Of a stretch of DNA of 64,000 bases, positions 27,288 to 37,959 are shown one piece after another. How positions within the stretch are numbered: the stretch's first letter is position 1; each line of letters opens with the position of its first letter. The DNA comes from Azolla caroliniana (taxonomy: Eukaryota; Plantae; Polypodiophyta), in assembly GCA_043228905.1 (NCBI GenBank), contig JBHGNT010000003.1, forward strand, positions 25,296,001 to 25,360,000. Reading direction: 5' to 3'. A model generated the notes under the pieces. That model searched no databases. It was not told where the DNA came from and saw nothing but the letters and a program-made list of their open reading frames with translations. Position numbers and translations under genes: made by a program.

Positions 27288-27923
27288 ATCCCAATCAAAG
27301 GGTGTCCAGTGGAGGATAAATATGAATTGATTAGGCCGGACGGTGCTAAAGGTTCGTGACGGACCACATCAACGATTGCAAGAAGGTGCTATAGAGGCTT
27401 GAGAGAGCACGACTCACATTCTCCGGGAAAAAATTAGCTTTCGGGCAGCCTGAAATCATGGTGGTCGAACACTTGTGCGGACCTTACAGCCAGAAACCGC
27501 GCCGGCGAAAGTGGAAGCCATCTCCGCAATGAAGGAAGAATGCACATTAGGTACGAAGGTACAAAGGTTTATGGACACATGCGCGTTCTACCACATATGG
27601 GTCCCGCATCACGCACACATCGCAGAACCACTCTACATGTTATTGAAGAAAGGGCGGAAGTTTGAGTGGAAGGAGGAACATGCGGAGTTGGTCCGAAGGT
27701 TGAAGGAGGCACTAACCGCGGCACCGACACTTCGGAAAGCGGTTTACGACCCAAGGAGGTCCCGATTTACATGACCGTAGACACGAGCCCGACCGGAATC
27801 GGATGGGTGCTCAGTCAGGAGGACGAGAGTGGTGCGAGGTTCCCCATCTAGTTCGAAGCGAAGGTACTGAGCGAGCGACAATGAGGATACGCTCAGGTTA
27901 AACACGAACTCTGGGGGTATTGT
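27288..27923 (+). pseudogene. Element A RT C-terminus / RNase H N-terminus, displaced to + strand by the inversion
   Basis: IPIKGC.., FYHIWVPHHAHIAEPLY..FEW, TVDTSPTGIGWVLSQ, ..ELWG; continues the MPFLDD motif at 37381-37400 (-) and the IVSVVKA sequence at 16740 (-). Confidence 0.88.
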
Positions 27924-28394
27924 TGTTACCGGCCGGCAAGGAGTCCAAATTACGGAGTGAAGGAATTAATTAGATATGGTTGTAGATAAGCATAGTGTGG
28001 ACGGACGGACTGGAAACGGTATGCCGTTCCAGATCCGGACGGATCCCGAATAGGTGCGAGAGGCACCGTTTTGTACTACGGGCCGGAAACCTATTTAAAG
28101 GCCCGGACCCTATTGTAATGACAGCGGATAATTAGTAGAGCTTATGTTGTTTATACTTCTGTCTTGATTTCCGTTCTGTAATCACTGTTATATCTTACGC
28201 GTGTAATTAACCAAAGCAATCTAATAGTGTAACCTACGTAAGTCGGTGTAATCGTTGAATCTTAATCCTATGCCGTAATCACCCTTTGGTGAAGTGTCTC
28301 CGTGACACCTTGTGTTAGGCCTTGTCCGGCTAAGAGAGTAACACAGTTTTGGCGACCACGATTCCTGCTTTCTCGCAGCGAACGACGGTAATGG

Positions 28395-31300
28395 ATGACT
28401 AGACCAACGCACGACTTGGTTACAGACCGAGCTCGACGCATCGCCGAACGGCAAAGACGGCGTGAGACTTTCCAGCAAGCAGCGCAGGAAATTCGCTCGG
28501 ATCGTTCGTTCTCCAACGAGATCCGGAGAGTCGCGGAGGAATCTCTCCGGTTACGGCAAACCCGCGACCAGGACGACGGAAGCAGTCTAAGTAGTCTCCG
28601 GGAAACCGAACGACTCCTGGAGGCGCTGGCAAGCGGAGAAAACGAGGCAGAAGCCTTTTCAGCCTACGAATCGGATTCCGAAGGGGGATACAGCGTGCAC
28701 ACGAACTACCGGAGCAGCAACGATACCCCCGGCGGCCCGGAAGACGACGGGTCGGATACCGTGCCGACTCCAAAACCGGAACCGCTCAACCAGGGCTATC
28801 CGGAATCGCAAACGGAAGCCGTCAACCCACCAACACCGGAAGTGGAAGAAGCAAAGCCACTAACACCAACGAAAGAGCCGGCAAAGGTACCGGAAGAAGA
28901 GCCGGAAAAAGAACCGGAAAAAGGACCGGCAGAAGAACCGGAAGTGGAACCGGAGAAAGAACCGGAAAAATATCAACAAACGCCACTAAACCGCGGCTTA
29001 ATACTGGACGACGACATGCCGTTCCAATACTCAAAGTACCGCGATGATCCGGATGCGGAAGCGCATGTGGATGACTTCGAGCAGACATGGGAAGCAAATC
29101 ACACGTCCCAGTGAATGACACCGGAGGAAGAAGAACGCTCGAAGATAGCGGAATTCGGAGTCACGTTGGAGGGACCAGCGACACGATGGCGGCGGTCGCA
29201 GGACCCGGCGACCATCACAACATTTGCAGAATTAAAAGCAAAATTCTTGCATTTTTTCCACAAGGAGGTCGACCAGACGACAATGGTGGGCTTGTTTTAT
29301 ACGATCCGGCAGGAGGCAGGGGAAAGCATACCCCAATTCGTCATCCGTTTCCAACGAATGCATAGCCAGCTTGCCCGTGCACCCCCGGAGGAGGAATTAC
29401 GGACGATATTTTTAAACGCACTCCGGGAACCGTTACGCACGGTGTGTACGGTGATCGACTTTCGAGGATGCACCATCGATCAGGTCATTGACCGGGTCAG
29501 AGAAATGGAAAAGACAAGCTCATGGCTTACGCTGGGAACACTGCAACGGGCGTTACCCACCGAGGAAGATCTCCGGTTCCGGCAGGCAATTCAATGCACA
29601 ATCTGCTTGAATGCCGGACACTCGGCAGTAGAGTGCACCATGCGCACTCAGTGTGTGATTTGTCAATCCAAGAGTCATACAACGGACCGGTGCGAGTATA
29701 ACCTGTTAAACCGACAAGCACCACCCATCCGACGGATCGAGCCAAGAAACAGCCAAGACGAAGAGGAAGATCGTTGGCAAAAAATGAACCGGTACCGACC
29801 GGCACAGGATGTCCGGTACGGAGACAGGCAAGAGAATGATGGCCGGTACGGGAATCGGCGTGATAACTACGACCGGTATGAGCGATCGGACCGTTATCGA
29901 GAGCCCAACAGGCGACACGAGCAATACGACAGAGACCATTCCCCTGGTTACCGAAGGCACCAGGAGGACTACGGCCGATTTTACGATCCACCACGACCGG
30001 ACTACCGAAATAAACATAAGAATAATAAGAAACGTAATTTCAAGAAAGGTGGTCACCCTAGGGACCCGGAACATGGAACCCCAAGGAGCCAACCGGCACA
30101 GAACGCACCACTCGCTACGGGACCGACTCCGGCTACCAGCAATGCTGAATCCAGCAATACCCGTAAAGAGTACTGCTACTACTGCAGGCAGGAAGGCCAC
30201 TACAGTAACCAGTGCCCGGTAAAGAGCTACGAGAAACGACCAGCAGTTAATATGGTGGTGGCGGATTTACAGCAAGTAACCACACGGTCGAAAGGCATGG
30301 CCAAAGAATGGGAAACACAAGAGGCCATACGAAAACAGGCGACGGAATGGGTGAAGGAAGCCAATGAAAGAAACGTCGCGGACGCGGAACGGCAAAAGGC
30401 GAAGACCATAGGGAGTACCGGCGGTAGCCACCCAGAAAACGAGACATGGCAAGCACTACAAGAATGTCAGATCACGTTACCACTAGGAAGACTCTTGCAG
30501 CTCGTGCCGCGATTCACAGAAGGACTAAAAACGGTCATGACAGACGGTATAGCTCCACCGGCACCAGTCCTTTTCTCGAATCCGGAGGAGGGACCGACGG
30601 TGGTGGACACTAGTAGTCCGGTGATCACAGCTATTGTCAAAGGGCACGAACTTCCCGGCACAGTAATCGATGGAGGTTCCGGAGTGAACGTAATAAGCCT
30701 TCGCACGTGTGATGCCTTGGGTATACATGAATGGGAGCCATGTCCGTTCTGGCTACGGATGGCGGATACGAGCTCTGTACGGCCGACGGGCTTAATACGG
30801 AAATTGGAAGTCACCATAGGAGGCCACACATTTCACATCTCGGCTGTAGTGCTGCAGCTACAGGCGCAAGGCGCGTACCCACTGCTGCTGGGCAGACCAT
30901 GGTTGAAAACAGCACACATCAAGCAAAATTGGCGAAAAAATATGATTACCTTCCGGCGCGGAAAAGCCAAGGTCCGGGTACCGACACAACCACGGACGAG
31001 CAACGGTAAGGAATGCACACCGCTGTATGCGGAATGTGTGAACATGCTTGAAGGATTGGCGGACGACGAAGAAGCCCAGTACTTGGAGGAACATCCGAAG
31101 ATCGTACCACTCTTCGAGATTGACGTAGCTGAAGCCGTAGCCGCATACTTGCCGCAGCGGGACGACACCGAAGCCGAACCAGACAAAGATGCGATTCGGG
31201 AATTACGGCAAGCACAGGAAGCGTTGGAACGGGAAATGGCCGTTTCCCAACGGGTCAAAGCATCCCAGCTCGACGAAGTGAACCTAGGAAGCAAAGACGA

Positions 31301-33278
31301 ATCAAAGCCGGTACACATCGCCAAAGAAATGAAGCCGGAAGATAAAGCGGCGATGATCAAACTTCTCACGGAGTTTCGCGACGTATTCGCCTGGTCATAC
31401 GAAGACATGCGAGGGCTGGACCCTCAATTATATCAGCATCAGATCCACTTAGGCAAGGACGCGAAACCAGTGGCGCAACGAAGATATCGAATGAACCCCA
31501 ACTACGCCGCCAAAGTAAAAGAGGAAATCGACAAACTCCTAAGAGTGGGCTTTATCCGGCCGGTAAAGAAAGCGACGTGGCTGAGCCCCATCGTCGTCGT
31601 CCCAAAGAAGAACGGTAAAATCCGTGTGTGTGTAGATTACCGGAAACTAAATGCCGCCACAATTACGGATGCATTCCCTCTTCCGTTCACGGACGGAGTA
31701 CTGGATGCCGTCGCCGGTCATGAAGTTTATAGCTTTTTAGACGGGTTCAGCGGGTACAATCAAATCCGGATGCACCCGGACGACCAGGAAAAGACAGCGT
31801 TCGTCACCGAATGGGGGGTGTTCGTGGCAGAAGTCATGATGTTCGGCCTAAAAACGGCACCAGCAACTTTCCAGCGAATTATCATGGAGATCTTCGGCGA
31901 ATACATCCCTGCCTTCATGCAAGTTTTCCTGGATGATTTTGCAGTCTATAGCCGGGGAAAAGACCATTTGCAGCACCTACGGTTATGCCTTGAAAAGTGT
32001 AGGTTATACCGGCTAAGCTTAAACCCAGCAAAATGCATCTTTGGGGTTTCAAGTGGAATATTGCTGGGACACATCGTAAGTAAGGAGGGCATTGCGGTCG
32101 ACCCGGACAAAGTAAACGCCATACTAGGGGCACCGGCGCCGAAAACGGCCAAAGCACTAAGCCGATTCCTAGGACAAATCCGGTGGCACAGCCGGATGCT
32201 CCGTCACTTGGCGGACTTGGCGACACCATTACACACCGCGGTACATCGGACACCGTTCCAATGGACGGATACGGAGGATAAGGCATACAATGCCCTGAAG
32301 GTTCTTTTATCGCAAGCACCCGTCGTGCAGCCTCCGGATTGGAGCAAGGAATTTCACGTGTTCGTGGACGCGTCCGACATCGCTATTGGCAGCGCCTTAA
32401 TGCAGCTTACGGAGCCCAAATGGTACCGGCCGGTATATTACGCCAGCCGGAAGCTGTCCCAAGCGGAGAAGAACTATTCAACGACGGAACGGGAGGCTCT
32501 GGGCATGATCTACAGTGTAACAAAGTTTCGTCACTACCTATTGGGAAGGAAGTTCTCCTTCCATGTGGATCACTCGGCGCTCCTCTACTTAGTTTCCAAG
32601 GCGTCCCTGACCGGTAAGTTGGCCCGTTGGACCTTACTGTTGCAGGAGTTCGAATTCGAGATTTTTCACCGGCCCGGTATCCAGCATGCCGTAGCAGACT
32701 ACCTGAGCCGGTTAGAGTCCGGAGAACCAGGCGACGGAGTAGCGGATGAATTTCCGGACGCGGAGTTATTCCGTATCACCCCGGAAACGGCAGCGGACGA
32801 CACGGTGGCATCAGAAGATAAATGGCTGACAAACATGCACCAGTTCCTAAGCACGGGCCTGCCACCGGAGGAAATGAACCGGGACGAGAGGAAACGACTG
32901 GCGGTGCAGAGCCGCAATTTCTGTCTGTTACGGGACACTCTCTACCACAAAGGAGCAGATGGAATATGGAGACGGGCAGTCCGTAGTGACGAGAAAGAAG
33001 TAATCTTACGGGAAGCACACTGTGGGGTTGCCGGAGGACACTATGCCGGGGAAGTAGTAGGCAAGTGGGTGAATGGATTTCGACTAAAGCCCTATAATGG
33101 ACCGATGCCAAAGAACCCGTTTATGCAGCTCACCGGCACTACACCAGGAACCTGCCCGGGATCGGTACGGATCGATCCGGAAGAAAAAGACGACGGGGAA
33201 CCCGTAGTAGAGACGAAGGAAGACACGGCAACCCGTAAGGAAAACGGTCAGGGTCCGAAGGGACCTACGGATATGTAA
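28395..33278 (+). pseudogene. Element D gag-pol: in-frame TGA at 29112-29114 and integrase core deleted near 33050
   Basis: CYYCRQEGHYSNQC; IDGGSGVN (PR); FLDGFSGYNQI, VFLDDF (RT); FVDASD..EREALG..DHSAL..ADYLSR (RH); EAHCGVAGGHYAGE is joined directly to VNGFRLKPY. Confidence 0.88.
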
Positions 33279-33292
33279 GGTCACACACCGTC

Positions 33293-33330
<38 letters not shown>

Positions 33331-33653
33331 TAAAAATCGAGGTATGAACGGGTGTGAAAGCGAGGCGCGAAAAGGTACGTAGTGGGCATTTAAGAGACGC
33401 CACGCTACTTAATACTAAATTGGTACACGACGTGTGCATGCTCGAAAAAGGCGCCAAAACGCACAAAGAAGAAACAGAACGCATGGAGACCTTTTCATTT
33501 CGCGAGCCAAGAAGCACAGAAGCACCAAGACAGTGGAAGCTGAGCAAACGCGAACCTGCACGCAGAGAACCCCCGCGCTCAGAACGCTCTCTCTCTCGCT
33601 CTCACTCTCATCACCACTCTACCTCGCCATCTTCTCTCGACCTTGAAGCAGAC

Positions 33654-36332
33654 ATGGAACCACAAACACTGTCGGAAGCGGCCAGGAAATGGTTCAGGCA
33701 AAACGGACTGGAGGGGTTCTTGGCCATCATGGAGGCACTGCCGCACAGAGAAGCCGACCGGGTCATCAAGGAGCTCGCCACAGAGGTCATCACCGAGGAA
33801 GCGATCCGCGCGCTAACAGGCCTTCCGGAGGGAGGAATCTTTCAGATCGATAACCCAACCTCGGAGCAACTCACCCGATATTTCGGTGAGTACTCTGTTG
33901 CCGGCAAAGGCTATCGGACGCAGGGCGGCGAAGATCCGCTATTCAGGGAGATAGCTCGAGTGCTCCATGAGTACGGTCACGTGTACCCCCGACCCCCTGT
34001 CATGCCAAAAAATCGGGCAGGGATGATCATAGCCACCTATGAAGGGGTCAAGGTGGACTGGCCGGTGTTGATTGCAGACGGGTTGTGCATGGCAATCGAC
34101 ATGGTACGAGGGAAGGACGGCAAGGAGGGCCGGAAGCTGTGGCACGCCGTAGCTCAATGGATAACATTGCTCGTGCCGCCGGTCGAGACCGTCCAGCCAA
34201 AGAAGCGGCCAAGAGTATCGGAAGGAAGCACCTCGAAGCCGGCGTCCAAACGACAGCAGCTGCTGGCGTCGAAGGCGACGAAAGGGAAGAAACGGGTCCC
34301 AGAACCGGAGGAGGTGTCACCGGTCCGACCCGTCAAGATAACCTTACGGAGACCAGGACAGAAGGAACCGGAACCCTTGACGGCACAGAAACATGCCGTG
34401 ACACAGGAAGAGGAAACGGAGGAGCCAGAAGAGCACCTCCAACGACGGTCGAGAAGTAGGACCGCCGAGACAGGAGGGGAGCGGTCGTACCCGCGAGAGG
34501 CAGAAACGCCCCCAACTCAACCTGAGCAAACCACAAGGGAAGAACCGGAACCGGTGCGTAGGGAACCGGTCTTGTCGACTTCTATAGAAGAAGTCAGTCC
34601 AACGGCTCCGGAAACGGCGAGAACCGGAACTCAACAGCCGGCGAGCCCAGCCAGAGCACACGGCGGCCAAGGAGTAGAACCAGAACGGCATATGCAGGCA
34701 ATCAGGCCAGACAATTCCACGGTGAATGAGCCGACCCGACCAGTACAGCAACAGGGCACCAGTAGCATGTGGCTACGGTGGGTAGGCGAGCAAATCGCCG
34801 GAGTGGTCGAGTATATAGAGGCGGAAGAGAGAGCGCACCAGGAACGGTTGCTCGTCACAACCGTAGATCTAGAGACGGCCCGGTCCAGAATCCGGAGCCT
34901 TGAACAAGACTTGGACAGGGTCACAAGGGAAACACAAGTCCAAGCACCGGTGACTCCGGGCAATGTACAGAATAAAGTGTCAAATCACCCTGTACATAGC
35001 AATCAGACCCCGGCAACGGAAACCGTTCCGGAGAGAAATGCGGCACAAGCCCAAGAGCTTGCGGATTTAAAGGATGAGCTAGCTGCCCAAGAAGCGCTGA
35101 GGAGCCGCGAAAGAGAATTGAAGACGGCAGCGGAGGCAGAACTCAAAAAGACTGCTGAGAATCTACGCCGGGCCGAGGAGAGCTTACGGAAAGGCCACCA
35201 AGCATACGACCGGCTCAAGGAGGAGAAGGAGAAAATGCTGCAAGAGAAGGAGAGGCTCCGGAGGAACGCCGAAACAGAAGTAGAGAGCCTGAAAGAGGAA
35301 CTCCGGCAGGTAAAGGACCGGGAGGACCGGAACCATCGCCAGATCAACGGCAAGCTCAAACAAAAAACGGAGGAATTTGAGCAATTGCACCGGGAGTATA
35401 AACGGTTGCAAACGGAGCACAAGGAACGGACGGATGAGCTCCGGCAAGCAGTTGATCGGACCGCAACCGCATTCGCTAAGGAACAAGCGGAAAACAGAAG
35501 ACGGTTGGAAGAGGCGGAGAAGGTTCGGACAGAGCTCCTCAGGCAACAGCAGGCGGAAAAAGAAAGAGCGGCAGAGGTACTGCAGAGGCTGCAAACGACA
35601 TATCAAGGGCAGCTGACGCGCTACAGAGAGCAGGCGGAGGATACGGCAAACCTCATCAAGCAGTTGAAGGAGGAGCGACAAGTGGTGGAAAGCAGAGCTC
35701 AAATGGGAGCAAGTCGCATCCAAGATATAATGCGGGCCTGGTTGAACCAGACCAAGAGCTTGATTGACAACGGTTCCGTCAAATGGTGGACCAAGTGGGC
35801 CACGAACGCGGCGGAACTCCAATTGCTCCGGGCTGACGTAGAGAACCGGCGGAAGGAGGGAGATGATTGCTATATGTTGACTTCCGAAGACTTCACCGGC
35901 ATAAGGGATGAGCTTGCCGAAGACTTTCAAGCCTTGGCAGAGGACCAACTAGAGCAAGTCCGGCAACTTGTAGCTCAGCTGGACGACGACAGGCTGGAGG
36001 CGCAGATCCAGTTTGAAAGCTACGAGAGGTCCCGGCTCCGGGGAGAGAAAGAACGAGAACCAGTTACGGTCAACCTCAGTGATGAGGAACCGTTACTGGA
36101 AGGAGACCGAACCGGAAGCAGTCAAACGGAGATGCCGGAGCCAGAGAGACAAACGGAGCAGCCGGAGTCAGCGAAGCAAACGGAGCAGCAGCAGCAAGCA
36201 GAGCAGCCGGCGCAACCTCAGTCCCAACCGCAACCACAGCAGCAGCAGCAAGCACAGCCGCAACAACCACAACCGGAAGAACAAGTGGAAATTCTTGAAC
36301 AAAGTAATTTGGACAATTTGGGTGAACAATGA
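33654..36332 (+). CDS. Element D extra ORF3 (env-like position): globular N-terminus, Pro/Glu-rich linker, long coiled coil, Q-rich tail
   Basis: Uninterrupted ORF (open from 33354, likely start MEPQTL at 33654) ending 52 nt before the 3' LTR. Confidence 0.8.
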   Translation: MEPQTLSEAARKWFRQNGLEGFLAIMEALPHREADRVIKELATEVITEEAIRALTGLPEGGIFQIDNPTSEQLTRYFGEYSVAGKGYRTQGGEDPLFREIARVLHEYGHVYPRPPVMPKNRAGMIIATYEGVKVDWPVLIADGLCMAIDMVRGKDGKEGRKLWHAVAQWITLLVPPVETVQPKKRPRVSEGSTSKPASKRQQLLASKATKGKKRVPEPEEVSPVRPVKITLRRPGQKEPEPLTAQKHAVTQEEETEEPEEHLQRRSRSRTAETGGERSYPREAETPPTQPEQTTREEPEPVRREPVLSTSIEEVSPTAPETARTGTQQPASPARAHGGQGVEPERHMQAIRPDNSTVNEPTRPVQQQGTSSMWLRWVGEQIAGVVEYIEAEERAHQERLLVTTVDLETARSRIRSLEQDLDRVTRETQVQAPVTPGNVQNKVSNHPVHSNQTPATETVPERNAAQAQELADLKDELAAQEALRSRERELKTAAEAELKKTAENLRRAEESLRKGHQAYDRLKEEKEKMLQEKERLRRNAETEVESLKEELRQVKDREDRNHRQINGKLKQKTEEFEQLHREYKRLQTEHKERTDELRQAVDRTATAFAKEQAENRRRLEEAEKVRTELLRQQQAEKERAAEVLQRLQTTYQGQLTRYREQAEDTANLIKQLKEERQVVESRAQMGASRIQDIMRAWLNQTKSLIDNGSVKWWTKWATNAAELQLLRADVENRRKEGDDCYMLTSEDFTGIRDELAEDFQALAEDQLEQVRQLVAQLDDDRLEAQIQFESYERSRLRGEKEREPVTVNLSDEEPLLEGDRTGSSQTEMPEPERQTEQPESAKQTEQQQQAEQPAQPQSQPQPQQQQQAQPQQPQPEEQVEILEQSNLDNLGEQ

Positions 36333-36344
36333 AGGGGCCGAGAA

Positions 36345-36382
36345 GGGTTCGACGTACAAGGTACTGTCCCACGGGCGTGCCA
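36345..36382 (+). promoter_or_regulatory. tRNA-3'-half-like motif (antisense second PBS) at the PPT position of D; copies in C at 17249-17286 and 19829-19866
   Basis: GGGTTCGAC-GTACAAGGTAC-TG-TCCCACGGGCGTGCCA, 2 nt before the LTR. Confidence 0.7.
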
Positions 36383-36804
36383 TGTGTTACCGGCCGGCAA
36401 GGAGTCCAAATTACGGAGTGAAGGAATTAATTAGATATGGTTGTAGATAAGCATAGTGTGGACGGACGGACTGGAAACGGTATGCCGTTCCAGATCCGGA
36501 CGGATCCCGAATAGGTGCGAGAGGCACCGTTTTGTACTACGGGCCGGAAACCTATTTAAAGGCCCGGACCCTATTGTAATGACAGCGGATAATTAGTAGA
36601 GCTTATGTTGTTTATACTTCTGTCTTGATTTCCGTTCTGTAATCACTGTTATATCTTACGCGTGTAATTAACCAAAGCAATCTAATAGTGTAACCTACGT
36701 AAGTCGGTGTAATCGTTGAATCTTAATCCTATGCCGTAATCACCCTTTGGTGAAGTGTCTCCGTGACACCTTGTGTTAGGCCTTGTCCGGCTAAGAGAGT
36801 AACA

Positions 36805-37380
36805 GTCGCAGATGGAATGACCAAATGTCTTTCGGCAGACCGCTTTCGGTCTCTTCGGCATCAGATGGGCGTAACGACAAACCAGTCCGGTTAGAGCCGG
36901 ACACAGAGCAGGATGGTTCCCGACAACCGACATCAGTTCCTTAATGATCGGCTTCAACTGTTCCGACCCGACCAGTTCGGTCTTCTGCCTTCGGACCCTG
37001 CCGACTCGAACAAAGCTGATATGTCCGAGAACCTAAGTCTATACCTGTAATCTTAGATAACCCATGTATACGCCCATTACGGGGGAGTGTCGAATACATG
37101 TGTATAATGGACGTATTCACACTATCCCGTTTTGGCCATTTATGTAATTAGCATAAAGGGTAGTTGCCCTAAGTCGGTCACTATATATAGTGACCTTGTA
37201 ACCTTTTTGTAAGGTTGGGTGTTGTATTATTGCTTTATGGAATAAGGAGTCTTTTGTGCCTCTCTGTCTCTCTGTCTCTCTCTCTCTCTGTGCAACGACC
37301 TACAAGCTCTCATACGCAGGTACAGAACAAAATCAAATGCTTCTTGATCTTCCGCACTGACGGCCCCTTGTCTACCAACA
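36805..37380 (+). mobile_element. Element B 3' end: RNase H tail, PPT and 3' LTR (37088-37380)
   Basis: VADGMTKCLSADRFRSLRHQMGV..stop at 36894; PPT GGGGGAG 37081-37087; TSD GGGAT 37381-37385. Confidence 0.92.
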
Positions 37381-37959
37381 GGGATGTCGTCCAAGAATGG
37401 CATGGTGATGTCCGGGATGCAGTCCCTTAGCACCTTATTCATTGCGTTCACCATGTGCGCCACCAAGTTGGTCCCTCCTTGCGGCAGGGTACACATCCGT
37501 ATTAGGTCGAGAGGGGTCCGCATTGTCGGGATATCCCTACTTTATACGGCTAGCTAGAATTGGTCGTACCCCGAGTACAGATCGCCAACCCAATAGATTG
37601 ACCTTCCGACGAAGGCCTCCGCAAACTCGTCAATGGTTGGCCCGATTCCTGCGTTCCGAATGGTCACTTTATTGACCGGCTGCAGGTCTTGAATGAAGCA
37701 TAGCGTGCCGTTCTTCTTCAACACGGTAAACCACCTATTCGAATACGGGGCACTCGACAGCTCAAGGATGCCCATCTCCACCTTCTGCTTCAATAGCTCC
37801 ATCAACTTCAGGATGTGAGCTCTTGGTACCAGAATCAGTTTGAAATTCCACGGCATATACGACACCGTGAAGATAACCATGGGTTCCACAAATCGTCGGG
37901 TCCACGCACCCGATCTCCTCCGGTGAGAATGCGAAGGCCTTCCCGTTGTCGTGAAGATC
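37381..37959 (-). pseudogene. Element A RT N-terminal part
   Basis: KAFAFSPEEIGCVDP, APYSNRWFTVLKKNG, DLYSGYDQF, LPQGGTN, MPFLDDIP. Confidence 0.88.

Larger units (their letters stand above)
27924..36804 (+). mobile_element. Element D: Ty3/Gypsy (Athila-like non-chromovirus) with extra 3' ORF; young but defective
   Basis: Apparently identical 420-bp LTRs 27924-28343 and 36385-36804 (TGTTAC..GTAACA); PBS TGGCGACCAC at 28350-28359; gag-pol; ORF3. Confidence 0.92.

Noticed and set aside
29500-36400. Antisense ORFs across element D
   Set aside because: Shadow frames of GC-rich coding sequence
26993-37380. Large DNA transposon or DIRS element with ~294-bp terminal inverted repeats
   Set aside because: The inverted repeats are the two Copia B LTRs (PBS, PPT, TSD ATCCC), put in opposite orientation by the inversion
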